Positions 10,201 through 23,199 of a stretch of 64,000 bases of DNA are shown piece after piece. Both the position numbers and the translations under genes were made by a program. Within the stretch, counting starts at the first letter, position 1. Each line of letters begins with the position of its first letter. This DNA comes from Podarcis erhardii (Eukaryota), in assembly GCA_964252035.1 (NCBI GenBank), contig OZ176201.1; one strand, written 5' to 3'. Under the pieces are notes generated by a model. The model did no database searches. It was not told the DNA's origin and saw only the letters and a program-made list of their open reading frames with translations.

Positions 10201-13200
10201 AAGGGATCCTTAACTCCTTCCCAACATGAATGCCACAGAAATAAAGGACCTGCCAATATCCCTGTCCATCAATCACATTGGGGGAAAAGTGATTGAAGTA
10301 CTGTACAAAGGCAGGCAGTTTTCTTGAGTTCCCCAGCTGTTAGACTATAACTCACATCATTCTCAGACAGCTGAGTCCAATGGCCATGAATAAGCCAGTT
10401 ATACTGCTGACTGGCAAATGGCCGCCTAGAAGATCTTCCATGAGGCCACCAGATTCCAATGATACTTTCAGTGTTCTTTGATCTTAGGACCCTAGATGCT
10501 GTTGGACTACAGCACCCATCATTTCAGGGTGCTGTGAAGTCTGTGACGAGTGAGATAAGGGGAAACTGCCTACCCATCTTTCTTGGATATATTCTTCTTT
10601 CAGGCAACACTGTTCACTAGAGGGCAATGCTTGGTCCCTGCTCAGGGATTCTTTGTTATAGTTACTCATTGCCTTGGAGATGTGACAGAACTAGCCTAGA
10701 TAAGTTTGGCTTGCATTAGAGCACAAGGTGGCTGCTAATTAGCAGTAAGCAGTGACCTATGAGTTGAAGGTGCTTTTTGCTTAGTGGTGTAAATTTTAGA
10801 CAGATCGCTGCATCTTCTCCAAAGGAAGTCAGAAGTAATCGCTAGTAAGTTCAGGTTGAAAATTAGTTGGTTTAGCAGCAAAGCCATGTAGTTATCTCTC
10901 CTTGAATGTTCAGCTTCCTTGAGTCTTTGTTTCATAGGAGCTAACTCTGCATTTTGCAGCAAACCTCAGTGTTAGTGGAGTGATTTCTCCCCCCACCCCC
11001 ACTCCACACACTTAATGCTGGTGCAGGTTCTTTAAATGACAATGATGCTTAGCATTCATAATCACTGCATTTTTGAGAGAAGGAATCAAATATGTTGGTA
11101 ATTCCTACAATAGCACTGTAAGGTAATTCAATAATATTGCTCCCATAATACTGAGAGGCTGCGACTTGTAGGAGACCACCTTATAGATTACTTGGTTGAT
11201 TTGAAATGGGGGGCGCTTGGCTCATGGCTCACCCTCTTAACCACTAAGTAACTAAAGAAACCACCACTGGCAAAGATCAATTAACTCTGTCTCTGCAACC
11301 TTCCTAAGACCCTGATTGTCCACAGGATTGGACAGAGGAAAACCATGCTATCGAGGAAAGAACCTAGATCTGTGTGCTTAACAAAGTGACGACAGTGGCC
11401 TGAGCTTGTGCAAGGCATAGTTTTCTTCACTTTGGGCAATGGGGATTGGTTGGTAAAGTTAGTAGCTGGAATCAGTCTCATGTTTTTCCACCAGTGCATG
11501 TTGATTGTTGCCTCTGTGTGTCCTGGCTGTCTAATTACCCCCGTTCCTTCTGTTTCTCAACAGGCTATGGGGAGTCCCCAAGCTCCAGCACTGTTGAGAC
11601 AGCACAAGGCCGTGTTGCTTTCCTGCAGCAAGTCTTCAAGGAGTTGGGACTCCAGCAGCCTGTTTTGATAAGCTCTTCCATGAGTGGTCGCTATTCTATT
11701 CCGTTCCTTCTGGCTAGTGGGGAGCAGCTGAAGGGCTTTGTGCCCATTGCACCTGTAGGCACCAAGGACTTCACTACTCAGCAGTATCAGCAGGTCAAGG
11801 TAAGACAGAGGGAGCTGTGTCGTGGTGTCCCTTCTAATGTTGTGACCTGGAGCTCATTTGATAAAGATATCATGGGGGCAAGTCTTAGCACACGATTCTA
11901 GTGGTGGAGCGGAAAAAGTGAATGTCAGCCTAGTCTTCGTTCACAAGTGCATCTCTCATGCTTTGAAGGGAACCTGTGTAAAACCAATAATGTGTACACA
12001 CAGCAGGTACAGAATTTGGCATAACATCTGGCATCCCAGGGAAGTTGACCTTCATTGTTTAGAAGGAAGCTTTAGGCCTGCTTGACTTTTTTTGCGGGGG
12101 GTGGGGCAGGATGGAATACATACTGGATTAAGGATAAGAAATTTGAAGGAAAATAACAGAGTTCAGTAACTTTGAGCAGCTTCCAGGCTTTTCTGCCTCC
12201 TTGGGTTTTAGTTAACCATTTTTACTTAGAGTAGATCCATTGAAATCAATGCTTATGACTAACATTATTTTTAAAGGTTCTACTCTGAGTAAAAGTTAGT
12301 TTAATACAGCCTCTTGTCTCTGTTCCTGGTTAGTCATCTTTCCCACCATTCCATTCTGTCTCTGCCTTTTGCTGCCTCTGTATTAACTCTTCTGTAGAGT
12401 AGTATCTCGGGTTAAGAACTTAATTCGTTCCGGAGGTCCGTTCTTAACCTGAAACTGTTCTTAACCTGAAGCACCACTTTAGCTAATGGGGCCTCCCGCT
12501 GCTGCTGCGCCGCCGGAGCACAATTTCTGTTCTCATCCTGAAGCAAAGTTCTTAACCCGAGGTAATATTTCTGGGTTAGCAGAGTCTGTAACCTGAAGCG
12601 TATGTAACCTGAAGTGTATGTAACCCGAGGTACCACTGTATATGGAAACAGTTTCTCTAGGTATGGAAATGTATGCTCTCTTGTTTCATCCGCCTGATTC
12701 TGGGTGCAACGCTTCTGCAGAGCAGCAGGTGCACAGGACTCCACCCAGATTACAATGAGAACAGGGTTCTTCTCTCAGTTGCACTGGCCTACCTACTCCT
12801 TACAGCAAGAGGCAGCCACTGTGGTTCCTATCGGGTGTTGCAGACAACATTTCTGACTACTGGCCATGCTGACTGGAGCTTATGGGAGATGTCATCCGCA
12901 GCATCTGGAGGGCACCTCATTTGCTACTCTTGTACATCTTTCTTCTGTGCCAACATGTTTTGTACATTTAGTCCCTTTAGTCAGTTACAAATAAAGCCTT
13001 TTACAAAGCAAGTTGCTCCTCACATGATCGTGCAGTCATGTAAGTTTGTAATAATGTATTCCTTCGGGAGATACTTGGTTCCCAACATCCTCTTCTGCCT
13101 GAAGGTCTCTAGGTAGACTTTCTTCTTTGCATCTTGGCAACAGGCACACTTGTTGAATCAGATTTATTTGGTGTACATTGAAATGCATAATTAGGAAGGA

Positions 13201-13382
13201 GATGTGGAGCTTTGCAAAAGTGAAGTGATGATGAGTGTTGCCAGGCATAGCAATCACCCTGGCTTCATAATCACAAAAGAAAGAAGCTGGTGGAAATAAG
13301 CCAATCATCAGCTTGGTAGGAAGTTTGAGATTGGGATTTACAATTGCAGATGTACTATTCCCCCTCGATTCTCACCTGATGA

Positions 13383-13431
<49 letters not shown>

Positions 13432-13678
13432 TATTTATTATTTATACCCCATCCATCTGACTGGGTTTCCATAAAGCAGCAGCTCATACAATATTCCAGT
13501 CATTTGGCCATTGTGTTAGTCCAGATGATGTGTACAGCATAGTATGTAGCTGACCATATGGGACAGTAGTGCATCAAACACTGGCTGTCCTATCTCAAGT
13601 AACTTTTTCCCTATCTGAATATTGTATGAGCTGCTGCTTTATGGAAACCCAGTCAGATGGATGGGGTATAAATAATAA

Positions 13679-13721
<43 letters not shown>

Positions 13722-14310
13722 TCGTCAGGTGAGAATCGAGGGGGAATAGTACATCTGCAATTGTAAATCCCAATCTCAAACTTCCTACCAAGCTGATGAT
13801 TGGCCCCTGTAACCTTTACACTTTCAGCTAAAATGTATATTATAAGGGTGCATAGCCTTATAGTTGTTTTCAATCTGTTGCTTTTTAATGTTCTGATTTA
13901 TGTCTGCTTTTGTATGTCATCTTGAGCACTTGCTTTGGCTGGAAAGGAAGCCCAGAAATGTTACAAATAAATTTCCAGCAGAGCTTTCAAAGAAGCGCCC
14001 ACAAGTGCCCGTACATAAAAGTATGGCATTTCTTCATCCGCAGTGCTCCAGGGATTGTACTTCCCATGCTCACTTCCACCAGGCCCTTCGGAACATTACT
14101 GACGTGTTAATGTTTTGATCTTTCTAGATTCCAACGTTGATTATCTATGGAGAGCGTGATACTGGCTTGGGCACTCAGTCTCTTCAGAGCCTTCAACAGA
14201 TTCCCAAATCCAGAGTTGTCATGCTCCTTGGAGCTGGCCATGCCTGTTACCTTGATAAGCCTCAGGAGTTCCACAAAGCACTCCTGAACTTCCTTGGTGA
14301 GCTGAAGTGA
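6958..14310 (+). CDS. ABHD14A: Alpha/beta hydrolase domain-containing protein 14A; join(6958-7229,8819-8934,11564-11799,14128-14310), 268 aa
   Basis: 807-nt spliced ORF with GT-AG introns; N-terminal signal-anchor, LHGQSF, AIDLPG, SxSxS nucleophile motif SSSMSG, GERD and GHACY; adjacent to ACY1 as in mammals. Confidence 0.93.
7949..8300. mobile_element. Tc1/mariner-type MITE end with GC-rich internal sequence
   Basis: TA followed by CTGTATATACTCGAG..., with internal inverted CTCGAG motifs; second TIR not found. Confidence 0.5.
8819..8934 (+). CDS. ABHD14A: ABHD14A exon 3
   Basis: [38 protein letters not shown]; AG/GT boundaries. Confidence 0.95.
9159..9371 (+). mobile_element. Tigger/pogo-like Tc1/mariner MITE (family A)
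   Basis: 23-bp perfect TIR CAGTGGTACCTCGGGTTACAAAC, TA TSD. Confidence 0.9.
9690..10010. repeat. Probable interspersed-repeat fragment (possibly an RTE-type LINE 5' region)
   Basis: Resembles a recalled squamate repeat (GGAAAACTCTG...AAACC, GAGAAGAAAAGGCTAAGGAGTAAA); not verifiable here. Confidence 0.3.
10060..10195. mobile_element. Palindromic hAT MITE
   Basis: TIR CAGTGGTGGCCAAAC; perfect 8-bp TSD TGGTAAAG. Confidence 0.9.
11564..11799 (+). CDS. ABHD14A: ABHD14A exon 4
   Basis: YGESPSS...[15 protein letters not shown]...[11 protein letters not shown]; donor AAG|GTAAGA, phase 0. Confidence 0.95.
12397..12638 (-). mobile_element. Family A MITE, reverse orientation
   Basis: Reverse complement of the 9159-9371 type; TA TSDs. 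Confidence 0.88.
13301..13803. repeat. Near-perfect inverted duplication (arms 13301-13496 and 13617-13803) containing an L2-like tail and an (AAT)n tract
   Basis: Arms are reverse complements apart from one substitution and the microsatellite length; 120-bp spacer. Confidence 0.95.
14128..14310 (+). CDS. ABHD14A: ABHD14A terminal coding exon
   Basis: [11 protein letters not shown]...[26 protein letters not shown]. Confidence 0.95.
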   Translation: MPTLIIYGERDTGLGTQSLQSLQQIPKSRVVMLLGAGHACYLDKPQEFHKALLNFLGELK

Positions 14311-15362
14311 TTGTGGTACTCTGTATATCTGCCCTGCCCTGCCCATCTCTTCCTGGGAAAGAACTAAGGCTGAACCTTTGCCATGTCGCTGGGGTGCTGT
14401 GTGTTTGAATCTGTTTCTCCATATTTAAAAGGGCTGTAGGACTTGCTGACTGTTGACAGGGAATTGCTTCTCCCTGCTTGCTCTTGAGGCTGCTTTTGTT
14501 ACGACTGCTCCAGGCTTGACTGTCTGAATCCTGCAGAAATATTGGAACAAGGCTACATGGAGCAGAGTGACACCGTTTTCAAGCTATTTGTTGTGACTAT
14601 GCCTGGAGAACTTGATCTGCACATCACTGTCAGCCTCTTGCCCCATTTTTAAGAACTGATCCCTCTGGACAATGATGCAACTTCAGCACCAGTTTCTTCT
14701 TTCAGGAGCACAAGCAGCCCATAGTTACATCGAGGCTGCACTTCTCCATCATCAGCTGACTACTTCAACTGGTGTGTACACTCCTGTTTTAAGGATTGAG
14801 TGTTTTCTACGTGTATGTTGTTTTACTGCTCTCCTCTTTCTTGGAAGGGATCTCCTCAAACTTGCCCATCGGTGGAAGGCAACTAAGTGGGCTGCCGTGC
14901 TGAATTGTGGCACCCCAATAAGATGAAGAGAGTGTGTGTCCTTGTTTGGAAGATCTGAACAGGAACAAACCACAGCAAACACTAATATATATGAAATTGG
15001 CCAGGAGGCCTTTGAGGGACTTGGGGGAATTCTTTTTCTTTCTTTCTTTCTTTCTTTCTTTCTTTTCTTTTCTTTGGAAAAAGCACTATGTTTAAATGTC
15101 TGTTCCATTTAACTTTTGGTGATAATTGTGATGCCTTGGGAACCCAGCTGTAACAAGTTGGCTGGTTGTAGGTGATTTTGTTTTGTTAGTGTTACATAGA
15201 TGATCACCCAAGAAAGAGGAGGTGCGGGATAGAGGGGAAATGATGCTACAAGGTTTTCAGGGAATGTAGCACATATGTTAGGGTTGTGGCTGATTGCTTC
15301 TATTTGGTGTCATAAGCTGTTTAGAGATACTTTTTTTTAGTGTTGCACAACTGCTAAGGGTC

Positions 15363-15368
15363 AATAAA
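15363..15368 (+). terminator. Candidate ABHD14A polyadenylation signal
   Basis: First AATAAA noticed after the stop, followed by a GT-rich tract. Confidence 0.5.
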
Positions 15369-15460
15369 TAATTTGTACAGATCTTGTTGGGTGTATGTGT
15401 ACACACACATGCTAGGTAGAGACTGGGTGGAGCAGGAAAGCCTTGCCTTGAAGTAGCATA

Positions 15461-15693
15461 CAGTCATACCTTGGGTTGTGAACGTGATCTGTGCAGGAGG
15501 CATGTTCACAACCCGCAGTGCCACGTCTGCACACGCGTGTGACGCGCTTCAGTGCTTCTGCGCATGATGTCATTTTGTGTTTCTGCGCAAGCGCCAAAAC
15601 CCGGGAGTAACCCATTCTGGTACTTCCGGGTTCGGTGCAGTCCACAACCCGAAAACGCACAACACGCAGCGTTCGCAACCCGATGTATGACTG
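15461..15693. mobile_element. Tc1/mariner MITE (family B)
   Basis: TIRs CAGTCATACCTTGGGTTG / CAACCCGATGTATGACTG; TA TSD. Confidence 0.82.
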
Positions 15694-15741
15694 TACATGC
15701 TTATTTACTAGTTGTCATAGAAGATGGAAATTTCCCCTATA

Positions 15742-15967
15742 CAGTGGTACCTCGGGTTAGATACGCTTCAGGTTACAGACTCCGCTAACCCAGAAATAGT
15801 GCTTCAGGTTAAGAACTTTGCTTCAGGATGGGAACAGAAATCGTGCTCCGGCGGCACGGCAGCAGCAGGAGGCCCCATTAGCTAAAGTGGTGCTTCAGGT
15901 TAAGAACAGTTTCAGGTTAAGTACGGACCTCCGGAACGAATTAAGTACTTAACCCGAGGTACTACTG
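15742..15967 (+). mobile_element. Family A MITE
   Basis: CAGTGGTACCTCGGGTT ... AACCCGAGGTACTACTG; TA TSD. Confidence 0.88.
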
Positions 15968-18433
15968 TACATTCCTGTGTGTTGGGGTCAGCTTACTCTC
16001 TGCTCATCCATGTGAGCAAATGGAGCTTGATCTATTCTTAGCAGATAACAGGATCCCTCCCCCTCCAACTCAGAGGATGCTCAACCTCTGAAGACTTTTC
16101 CAAATTAAGACTAAGAGACCTCGCTGTTGCCAAAGACTTCAAAGCACCTACTACAAAGGAGCCACTGCCTTTGGCTTTATGATGCCTCACAAATTAAAAG
16201 CCTGATAACAGCTCTTGGGCATATTTGTGATACTACTACAACACAACTACTAAGCATGCCCCCCCCCCACTCTAAGAAGACTTCACATGCCTTTTTAAAG
16301 CAACATCCCACCTCAAGTATTGTAAACTTGCACTAAACGTTAATAAATTCCCCTTAAAATATGTTCAGGTGATTGCCATCCTAATTCCTTTGCACACCGA
16401 ACTGTTCAGGTTGAATTTATTTTAACTGCTGAGACGAATGAAATAAAAGCTTCTCCTTTGAGATTAAAGCAATTTAGTTGCCTACTAAGACACAGCAAAT
16501 GTATGTTCAGACATCTGTGAGTAGAATATCCTCAGTGGGGTCTGAGAGTTTTGTGGATGACGTGTCACGGTGCAGACTGTGAGTGGTTTGAAAGCTAACA
16601 GTACAAAGTAGTAGGTAGCTGTTCTTTATAGAGCAAAGGATAGATCTGTCTGGTGAGTTTCTGCTTTGAAAACTAAATTCCATTGCTGAGCCCCTGCGAA
16701 GCAGGGACACTACAGAGATAGTTCTTGCTAACTTTCAGGTCTTAAGTACTGGTGTTAGTTTAGCATGGTGTCTATCCTATCCTAGTTCTTTAAGAGCCAA
16801 TGGCCTGTCTTTGGGTCTCTCATTCATCTAGCACCTTCATGCGTTTCCAGCTGACTCCTACTCACCTTTTATGGGTGACTATTTCTGGTTGTGGTACAAG
16901 TACACATACTTGAAAAGAGATACTGATGGAGTGAATGTGCTGCACATTATGATTGGATATGCCTCACAGCCTCACTGGAAGTGGTGTGCTCTTTGAGGGA
17001 TGGTGAAATTACAATTTACTGTGAGTAAAATGGACTATTATTTAATGGCTCTAGGACTTCTTATTTGCAAAATGACATGGATGGGAATTGTCTTCTGCAC
17101 TTTGGCTCTTACTCATAGAGACAGCCTAGAACTGGAAAGAATGCCAAGATTCAAAGGAGCATGGAGCGGGGCAGGGTTAAATGGCACCAGATGCTCAAGA
17201 TAATTATTAAAATGCTAGTTAGGCAACAGTGCACAGGATTCAAAGTCCAACACTTCATTTTCTTTCCTGCACATTTGATCACTATTTTACCAAGCCAGAT
17301 TCCAGTTAGGAACATGGAATGCTAGGAGCAAAATAATGGATAGTGTGCCTGCTTTGGACATTACATGACAATATGTTTGCTGTATAAAATCAGTGCTTTT
17401 AAATGATGGCGTGTATTTGACAACATACAATGGATGCAAACTGTAGCCATTTACAGCTCATTGTCATGACCTGTGTCTACTTCATGCTTTTCTATGTTTA
17501 CTGCTGCAAGCACAATAAAATCTGGAGCCGGAAGCACATCCTGGTGGATGTGCAGTATGAATACACATGCTGACCAGCTCCACTGGCTAATTCTGTATCT
17601 CCTGCACACATGCAAATCTGTATATCTGCTACAAAAATATGATATGGTCCTTAAAAACATGACCCTTTTAGTACGTAACAGAAGTATAAATAGCTGAAGA
17701 GTATACAAGAGGTGTAAATATACCCCTTCCTACCTCCCTTTTAAGCTTCATTTTATAACTTAATTTTTTTTAGAAACTTAGAACACAACCCTTGCATAAA
17801 TGGGGAGATTCCTGTAATAAATGACATTCCTAGGATTCTTTAGGAGAAGCCACAACAGTTCACTGTTATAAAACCAACAAATACATTTCAAGAATAGTCC
17901 TAAAAGTAAGTATCCTAAGTGAGCTGCACACCTACAAAAGGCAGCAGCAAAGCCTTGCTGGAGGAAGGGGGTGGCTAGTCCTGAGAGTCCCAAACAGTGT
18001 TACAAGATTCCTGCCTCTGGCTCTCAGGAACCCTAAATAGGAGCACTCCCATTAGGGGCTGGGGATATGTATTATTATAGTTTACTGACTCGACTGGAAC
18101 GGTCATCACATTGATAGATCAAGTATCTTCACTAGGCAGATGGTTTGCATATACTAACATTGATTTTAGGAACCAACTGAAACTCTTAACTTTTAACAAC
18201 TGCTTTCATAAATTGGGATAGAAGCTTAGTGTTACTTAACTTTTGCCATCCTGCCTATGTCAGGTTCAATAATATGTAGAGACTTCAATGCCTGCAAATG
18301 GGACATGAGCCCATATTCTCTTTGTGATTAACATACGGAACAAACATCTCTGTTATTTTGGCAACCAACAAAAGTTGGAAAGAGATGGCCCTGCCTAAAA
18401 CTATTTTATCAGATACTTATCTATTTTATACTT

Positions 18434-18824
18434 ATTACCAAACTTAAAACCATGGAGAGACCTGGTCTGAACAAAGACATTGGATTCTTATCTCATTATA
18501 CATGACAAAGCCATTTTTCACCTTCTCACCCCTTGCTTTTTTCTGTAAGACCTATTGCAGTCGTTAAGAGTCATCAACAGGCTCATCACAGCTATCTGCC
18601 AATCACCCAATCCCACCACCCTTCTGAGTAATACCCCTCCCCACCTTCTCACTATATAGAAGGGTCTGGTGACTTCTGTTTCAGTGTATCTGAAGAAGTG
18701 TGCATGCACACGAAAGCTCATACCAAGAACTAACTTAGTTGGTCTTTAAGGTGCTACTGGAAGGAATTTTTTTATTTTGTTTTGACTATGGCAGACCAAC
18801 ACGGCTACCTATCTGTAACTGGAA
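18434..18824 (+). mobile_element. Penelope-like element 3' fragment
   Basis: ORF end ITKLKTMERPGLNKDIGFLSHYT* resembling a PLE C-terminus; hammerhead motif; 13-bp direct repeat CTATTTTATACTT at 18421-18433 and 18825-18837. Confidence 0.8.
18686..18723 (+). ncRNA. Minimal type I hammerhead ribozyme motif
   Basis: GTAT-CTGAAGA-A-GTGTGCATGCACAC-GAAA-GC-TC-ATAC: core CUGANGA/GAAA/UH, helix I GTAT/ATAC, palindromic helix II. Confidence 0.75.
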
Positions 18825-20094
18825 CTATTTTATACTTGTTATAGTCCTCTGCTTTGCATTGCCACTTCCTCCTCTTCAGGGCATTGCTCTTAACTAGTTC
18901 AGCATGTAACAAAGAGGAGCTGCTGGAGAGAAACTTATTCAGCAGCTTACAATAGTGCAATGTGTAAAAATGAAATAGGAGTAATTGCTCAAGAGAGCGT
19001 TGACCCTGAGCAGGGAAGATAATGGTGGTGTATTTGAATCTGAATGACAATAAGCCTTGAGTAAGGTTTTTAACATTTGAGGTGTTACTCTTCTCAATGG
19101 AAATCTGATAGAAGATAATACTACACATAAAAGGAGCACGTTGACCCTCAGAGGAATGAAAAACATAGTGTCACATTGCATACAACCTGGCTATTGAATC
19201 TGTAAATGGCTAGTTAAGAGCTAGTTAAGTGGGATCACCATTTTTATTCAGGCTTCTGAAAGAACTGTACTATATGCTTGCAATCAGTGGGAAACACCTG
19301 CCTTTTCTACACTTAGTAGCTTGCAGTGCCGGCATAGATGTGCTACATAGGATGGGTGAGAATCTATTTCTTTATCAACAGATAAAATGCGATCTTTGTT
19401 CTTGCTATGCCTGCTGCACCCAGCACTAAAAATCGTATGCTCTGTGGATATGCAATATTTGTCAGATTGGATTTGCTACATATTCTTTGTTCTACCTGGT
19501 GTTTCAAGCATCCTGAACAACATGAAATGAATGAGACTTGCAAGTAGCTGTACCCTTCCAGAGAAATAGAACTTTTAAGAGGCCTGCGCAGACCCACCCA
19601 AAGGAACTGGAAATTGGGCGCTGTGTGAACATGACTCTTTAGAACAAACACTCAGTCTTGCACACAGCGAGTATGGGATGACACTTGAAATTCAGAGCAT
19701 GGCACAGCAAGTGCTGCAGTACTGAGTGAGGACAGTGACCTCAAGAGGTTCTGGGAAACACAACATGCAACCATAATGAATTTGGGAAGCTGCCTGAGAA
19801 CTTAGGGTAATAGGATATGCACTGTCATAGCTATAGTGCCATCAAAGGACTTTGGCTGTGCAACATTCATTTGAAGATCTACTGAAGATCTGCAAGGACC
19901 TCTGCCCTTCCTGGCTGATTAAAGCCATGGTGTGGAAAGTCAGGTCCAGGGTATTACAAATGCATCATTGCATAATGTGGTGGGGCCAACCCCGCTTAAA
20001 GAGGCAGTGTTGCAGCCACTTTAAAAGTAATCCTGGAGCCAGTGATGTGTGATGACTACTAGCCAATTGCCAAAAACCTAGATCAACTTAAATC

Positions 20095-20735
20095 TGAGTT
20101 TAGATCTGGTTTCGGGACTGCGTAGGCCTTGATCACCCCAATGGATGATCTGATTAGGAGGGGGACAGGAAGTACAACCTTCTCAGTAGCTTTCGATACC
20201 ATTGACAGTTGTATCCTCTGATTGTGGGATGCGTATCGGAGGTACTGTTCTACAGTGGTTCTATTCCTACCTGCACAGTCGAGTGCAGACAGTACCATTT
20301 GGAGAGTGCTCTTCAGCTCCCTGACACCTGTGCTATGGTATTCCACAAGGCACTGTGTTGTCCCCAGGACTGCTTAACATCTATTTGAAGCTGTTAGAAG
20401 TGGTCATTAACAATTTTGGAGCACAGTTCCATAGGGATGCTGATGACATGCAGCTCTATTTGTCCATAACATCTGAATCAGGAGAGATTGTGCAAGCCCT
20501 GGACCAGTGTCTTAATGCAGTGGTGGACTGGATGAGGGCCCTGAGAAGACATAGGCTATATGGGGAGGTAGTTCCTATGTCCAGAAGATAGGCCAGCTGT
20601 CTGTTCTGGATGGGGTTGCATCCTCCCCCAAAGGAGCAGATGTATATCTTGGAGGTACTCATAGATACATTCAAGTGACCTCTGTGGCTAGGAGTACATT
20701 TTGCCAGCTTCATCTGGTACACCAGCTGCAGCCAT
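20095..20735 (+). mobile_element. Degenerate L2 LINE reverse-transcriptase fragment
   Basis: Broken frames with SVAFDTID, GTVLQWFYSYL, YGIPQGTVLSP and DADDMQLY (YADD-derived). Confidence 0.8.
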
Positions 20736-23199
20736 ATGAGAAACATGAGAACATGAGAAAATCCAGACTGAGGGAGAGGAAAGTGTGGAAAGGAAGTGTT
20801 TTAGAGAAAAACATTATATGGACAACCCATAATTAATGAAGGTATAGGAAACTTAACTATCCATGTTAAACAACAGTATGGATGAGCCCAGAGTCTAGGC
20901 ACCAATATTCCCTTCCTGCTGGTTATCTCTATGGTACAGGCAATGGTTGAAAGAACAAGGAGTACAGGAGAGCTTGCAGATTGACTGGGGTAACTGAAAG
21001 GAAGATGTGTCTAGTGCAGACATTTTGGCCGTTTTAAGTGCACCAATCTCTGCTTCATAAAGTTCAATTTATAAATAATTTAGGAGAGAGAGTTGAAGTG
21101 TCACAAGGAATTACATCTCAAAGGGTTATGTACTGTGAAAACCATTATGCATTAAATATATGCAGTAGGAGTTTATTGTGGGTTGTTGTACTCAATAAGG
21201 GTTTTGACCTGCCTTCCAGGGATATAATTGCATCTGGAAATGTATGCAGCAATACTTTTCTTTTTGTGAAGTGTTACTAGTGTAAAATTGGCTATACACA
21301 GATGAGAAGGTGGTTGATGTAGTGGCTAAAAATGTGGGCTGTGAGCCAGGAAGTTCTCAATTAAAATGTAGCATCAACCATGAGTTGGCTAGATTTTATT
21401 ACATTTGGCAAGCCAGTTAATAGCCCCTCAACCTTCATTTGCAATCAGGCAAAGTATGCTCTGAAGGAGGTGGATTTGGACAAGAAAGAGGTTTGAGGGG
21501 ACCAGTTTGACTGCTTAAAGTCCCTTAATGATCAGTGACCACCCACACCTTTTTAAAGGGGAAATTACAGGTAAAACGTTTGGAAAAGCTATGAAATAGC
21601 TGAAGATGATGGTTTATTTTTAAGCCACCATCCTCTTTCCCAGCAATGATGGGGTCTCTGTGTGTAAAGCAACAAAGAACCCAGTTTGAATTTGAGAGCA
21701 TAGGACACGTAGTCATGTATTTAAACAAGCATGCCTACTGTTTCCGCACCATTTAACACCCCCCCAATCATGGGAACTGTAGTTTATCCCTCACAGAGCT
21801 ATAGTTCACAGCACCCTTAACAAAAACTATTCAGGAGAAAAAGCAGCAAGGGCCCCCTTCTGGAATGGAGTTTTGTATCAGTTTTTGTGTGTGTGCTGAA
21901 AACTGCTACTTCCTGGCTGCTTAACTCCAAAAGTTCTGTTTATTGCAAACAATACCTGCAGGGGCAAATAGAAGTGGATGCTTTTCAGTAGAAAACCATG
22001 AGCCTGGGGCTGCTGCTACCTCAACTAGTTATGTTTATTTAAACATATGTCACATGTAGCTTGGATTGAGACAGAAAGAGAGTTGTAGTTTGGAGCTCTG
22101 GAAGGTACCGTTTGGGGATGCTCTTTGGGTAGTGATGTAAGAGCATGACTGGCTGGGGCACCCCAGCCAGATAGGCAGGTTATAAATAATAAAATTATTA
22201 TTATTGTTTAGTAAGACAATATCTGCCTTCTATCAGCCATCACCCATCTTTAGCTTGCTAATGAACTCACATGTGACAAAAATGCTGTAGGTTTCCAGTG
22301 ATTTCTCCTTCCAAAGAAATCCAGGTTCAGGTGAGTGCTGCCCTTGGAACTACTTGCCACTTGGTGCCAAACAATACTAATTTATAGGCATCTGTAAGGT
22401 TTTACAACAAAGGTAACATGTGAAGCACTTTGAATGCTCTGAAGTACTAACATGCTAAGTATTAATTTCAGGATAATGGCTTAATTTCATTATCACCACA
22501 CCCTTTGTCGGACCCTGAGTTTCTGAGCCTTAATTTTAAACTCCATATTTCTACATATTACTAATCAAACTACATATTAAAAACTCAATATAGGATATTC
22601 AGTAAACAGGCTGAGAGCCATGGCAGGTGAAGTGAGTAAAAAATATGCTGCTGTGTTGGTATTCTGCCTCCTGGTTAAGCCTAAACTTGAACCCTGCTGC
22701 TTTTCTTTTTCAGTGATTAACTGAAACTTCTACATATTTATGCAGAAGTAAGTCCCGCTGGCTTTTAACAGAACTTACTTCCCCCCAAAGGACTTGCGCC
22801 CTTAGTCACGAGCTAGAACTTTTCTCAGCAAAAGTTATCCAAAGGTCTGGTGGGAGTAATCCAATATCCTTTCTTCTGCATTTTAGGAGCCCTCAGATTG
22901 TAGGAAGTTTTCTGAAAAGGACAATAGATTGATGGGCTCCCAAAGATTCGTAGGAGCCAAATAAAATGAGAGGAGTAGGGACCCCAAAGTTAATAGGCGA
23001 TACCTTTCAAATAGTGTGTGTCAACCGCGTCATGTGATCGATTCTGCGGGGCGGGGCTTACCTGCCCCTCCCCTCCAATATTGTATTCAAGTTGGCACCT
23101 TTGCAAAAACTCTCGGTGGGAGTTAACTTTAACTTTCCCCGCCCCAATATTTTCCACCGGGGCACCCACCCACTATGCCGATTAATACCCTCACCTACC

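Noticed and set aside
13595-13873. Poly-Asn/poly-Leu ORFs; similarly poly-Tyr at 53282-53482
   Set aside because: Translations of (AAT)n microsatellites
23029-23056. GTCATGTGAT (MiT/TFE-like E-box) next to a GC box upstream of ACY1
   Set aside because: A short motif likely to occur by chance; no conservation data available
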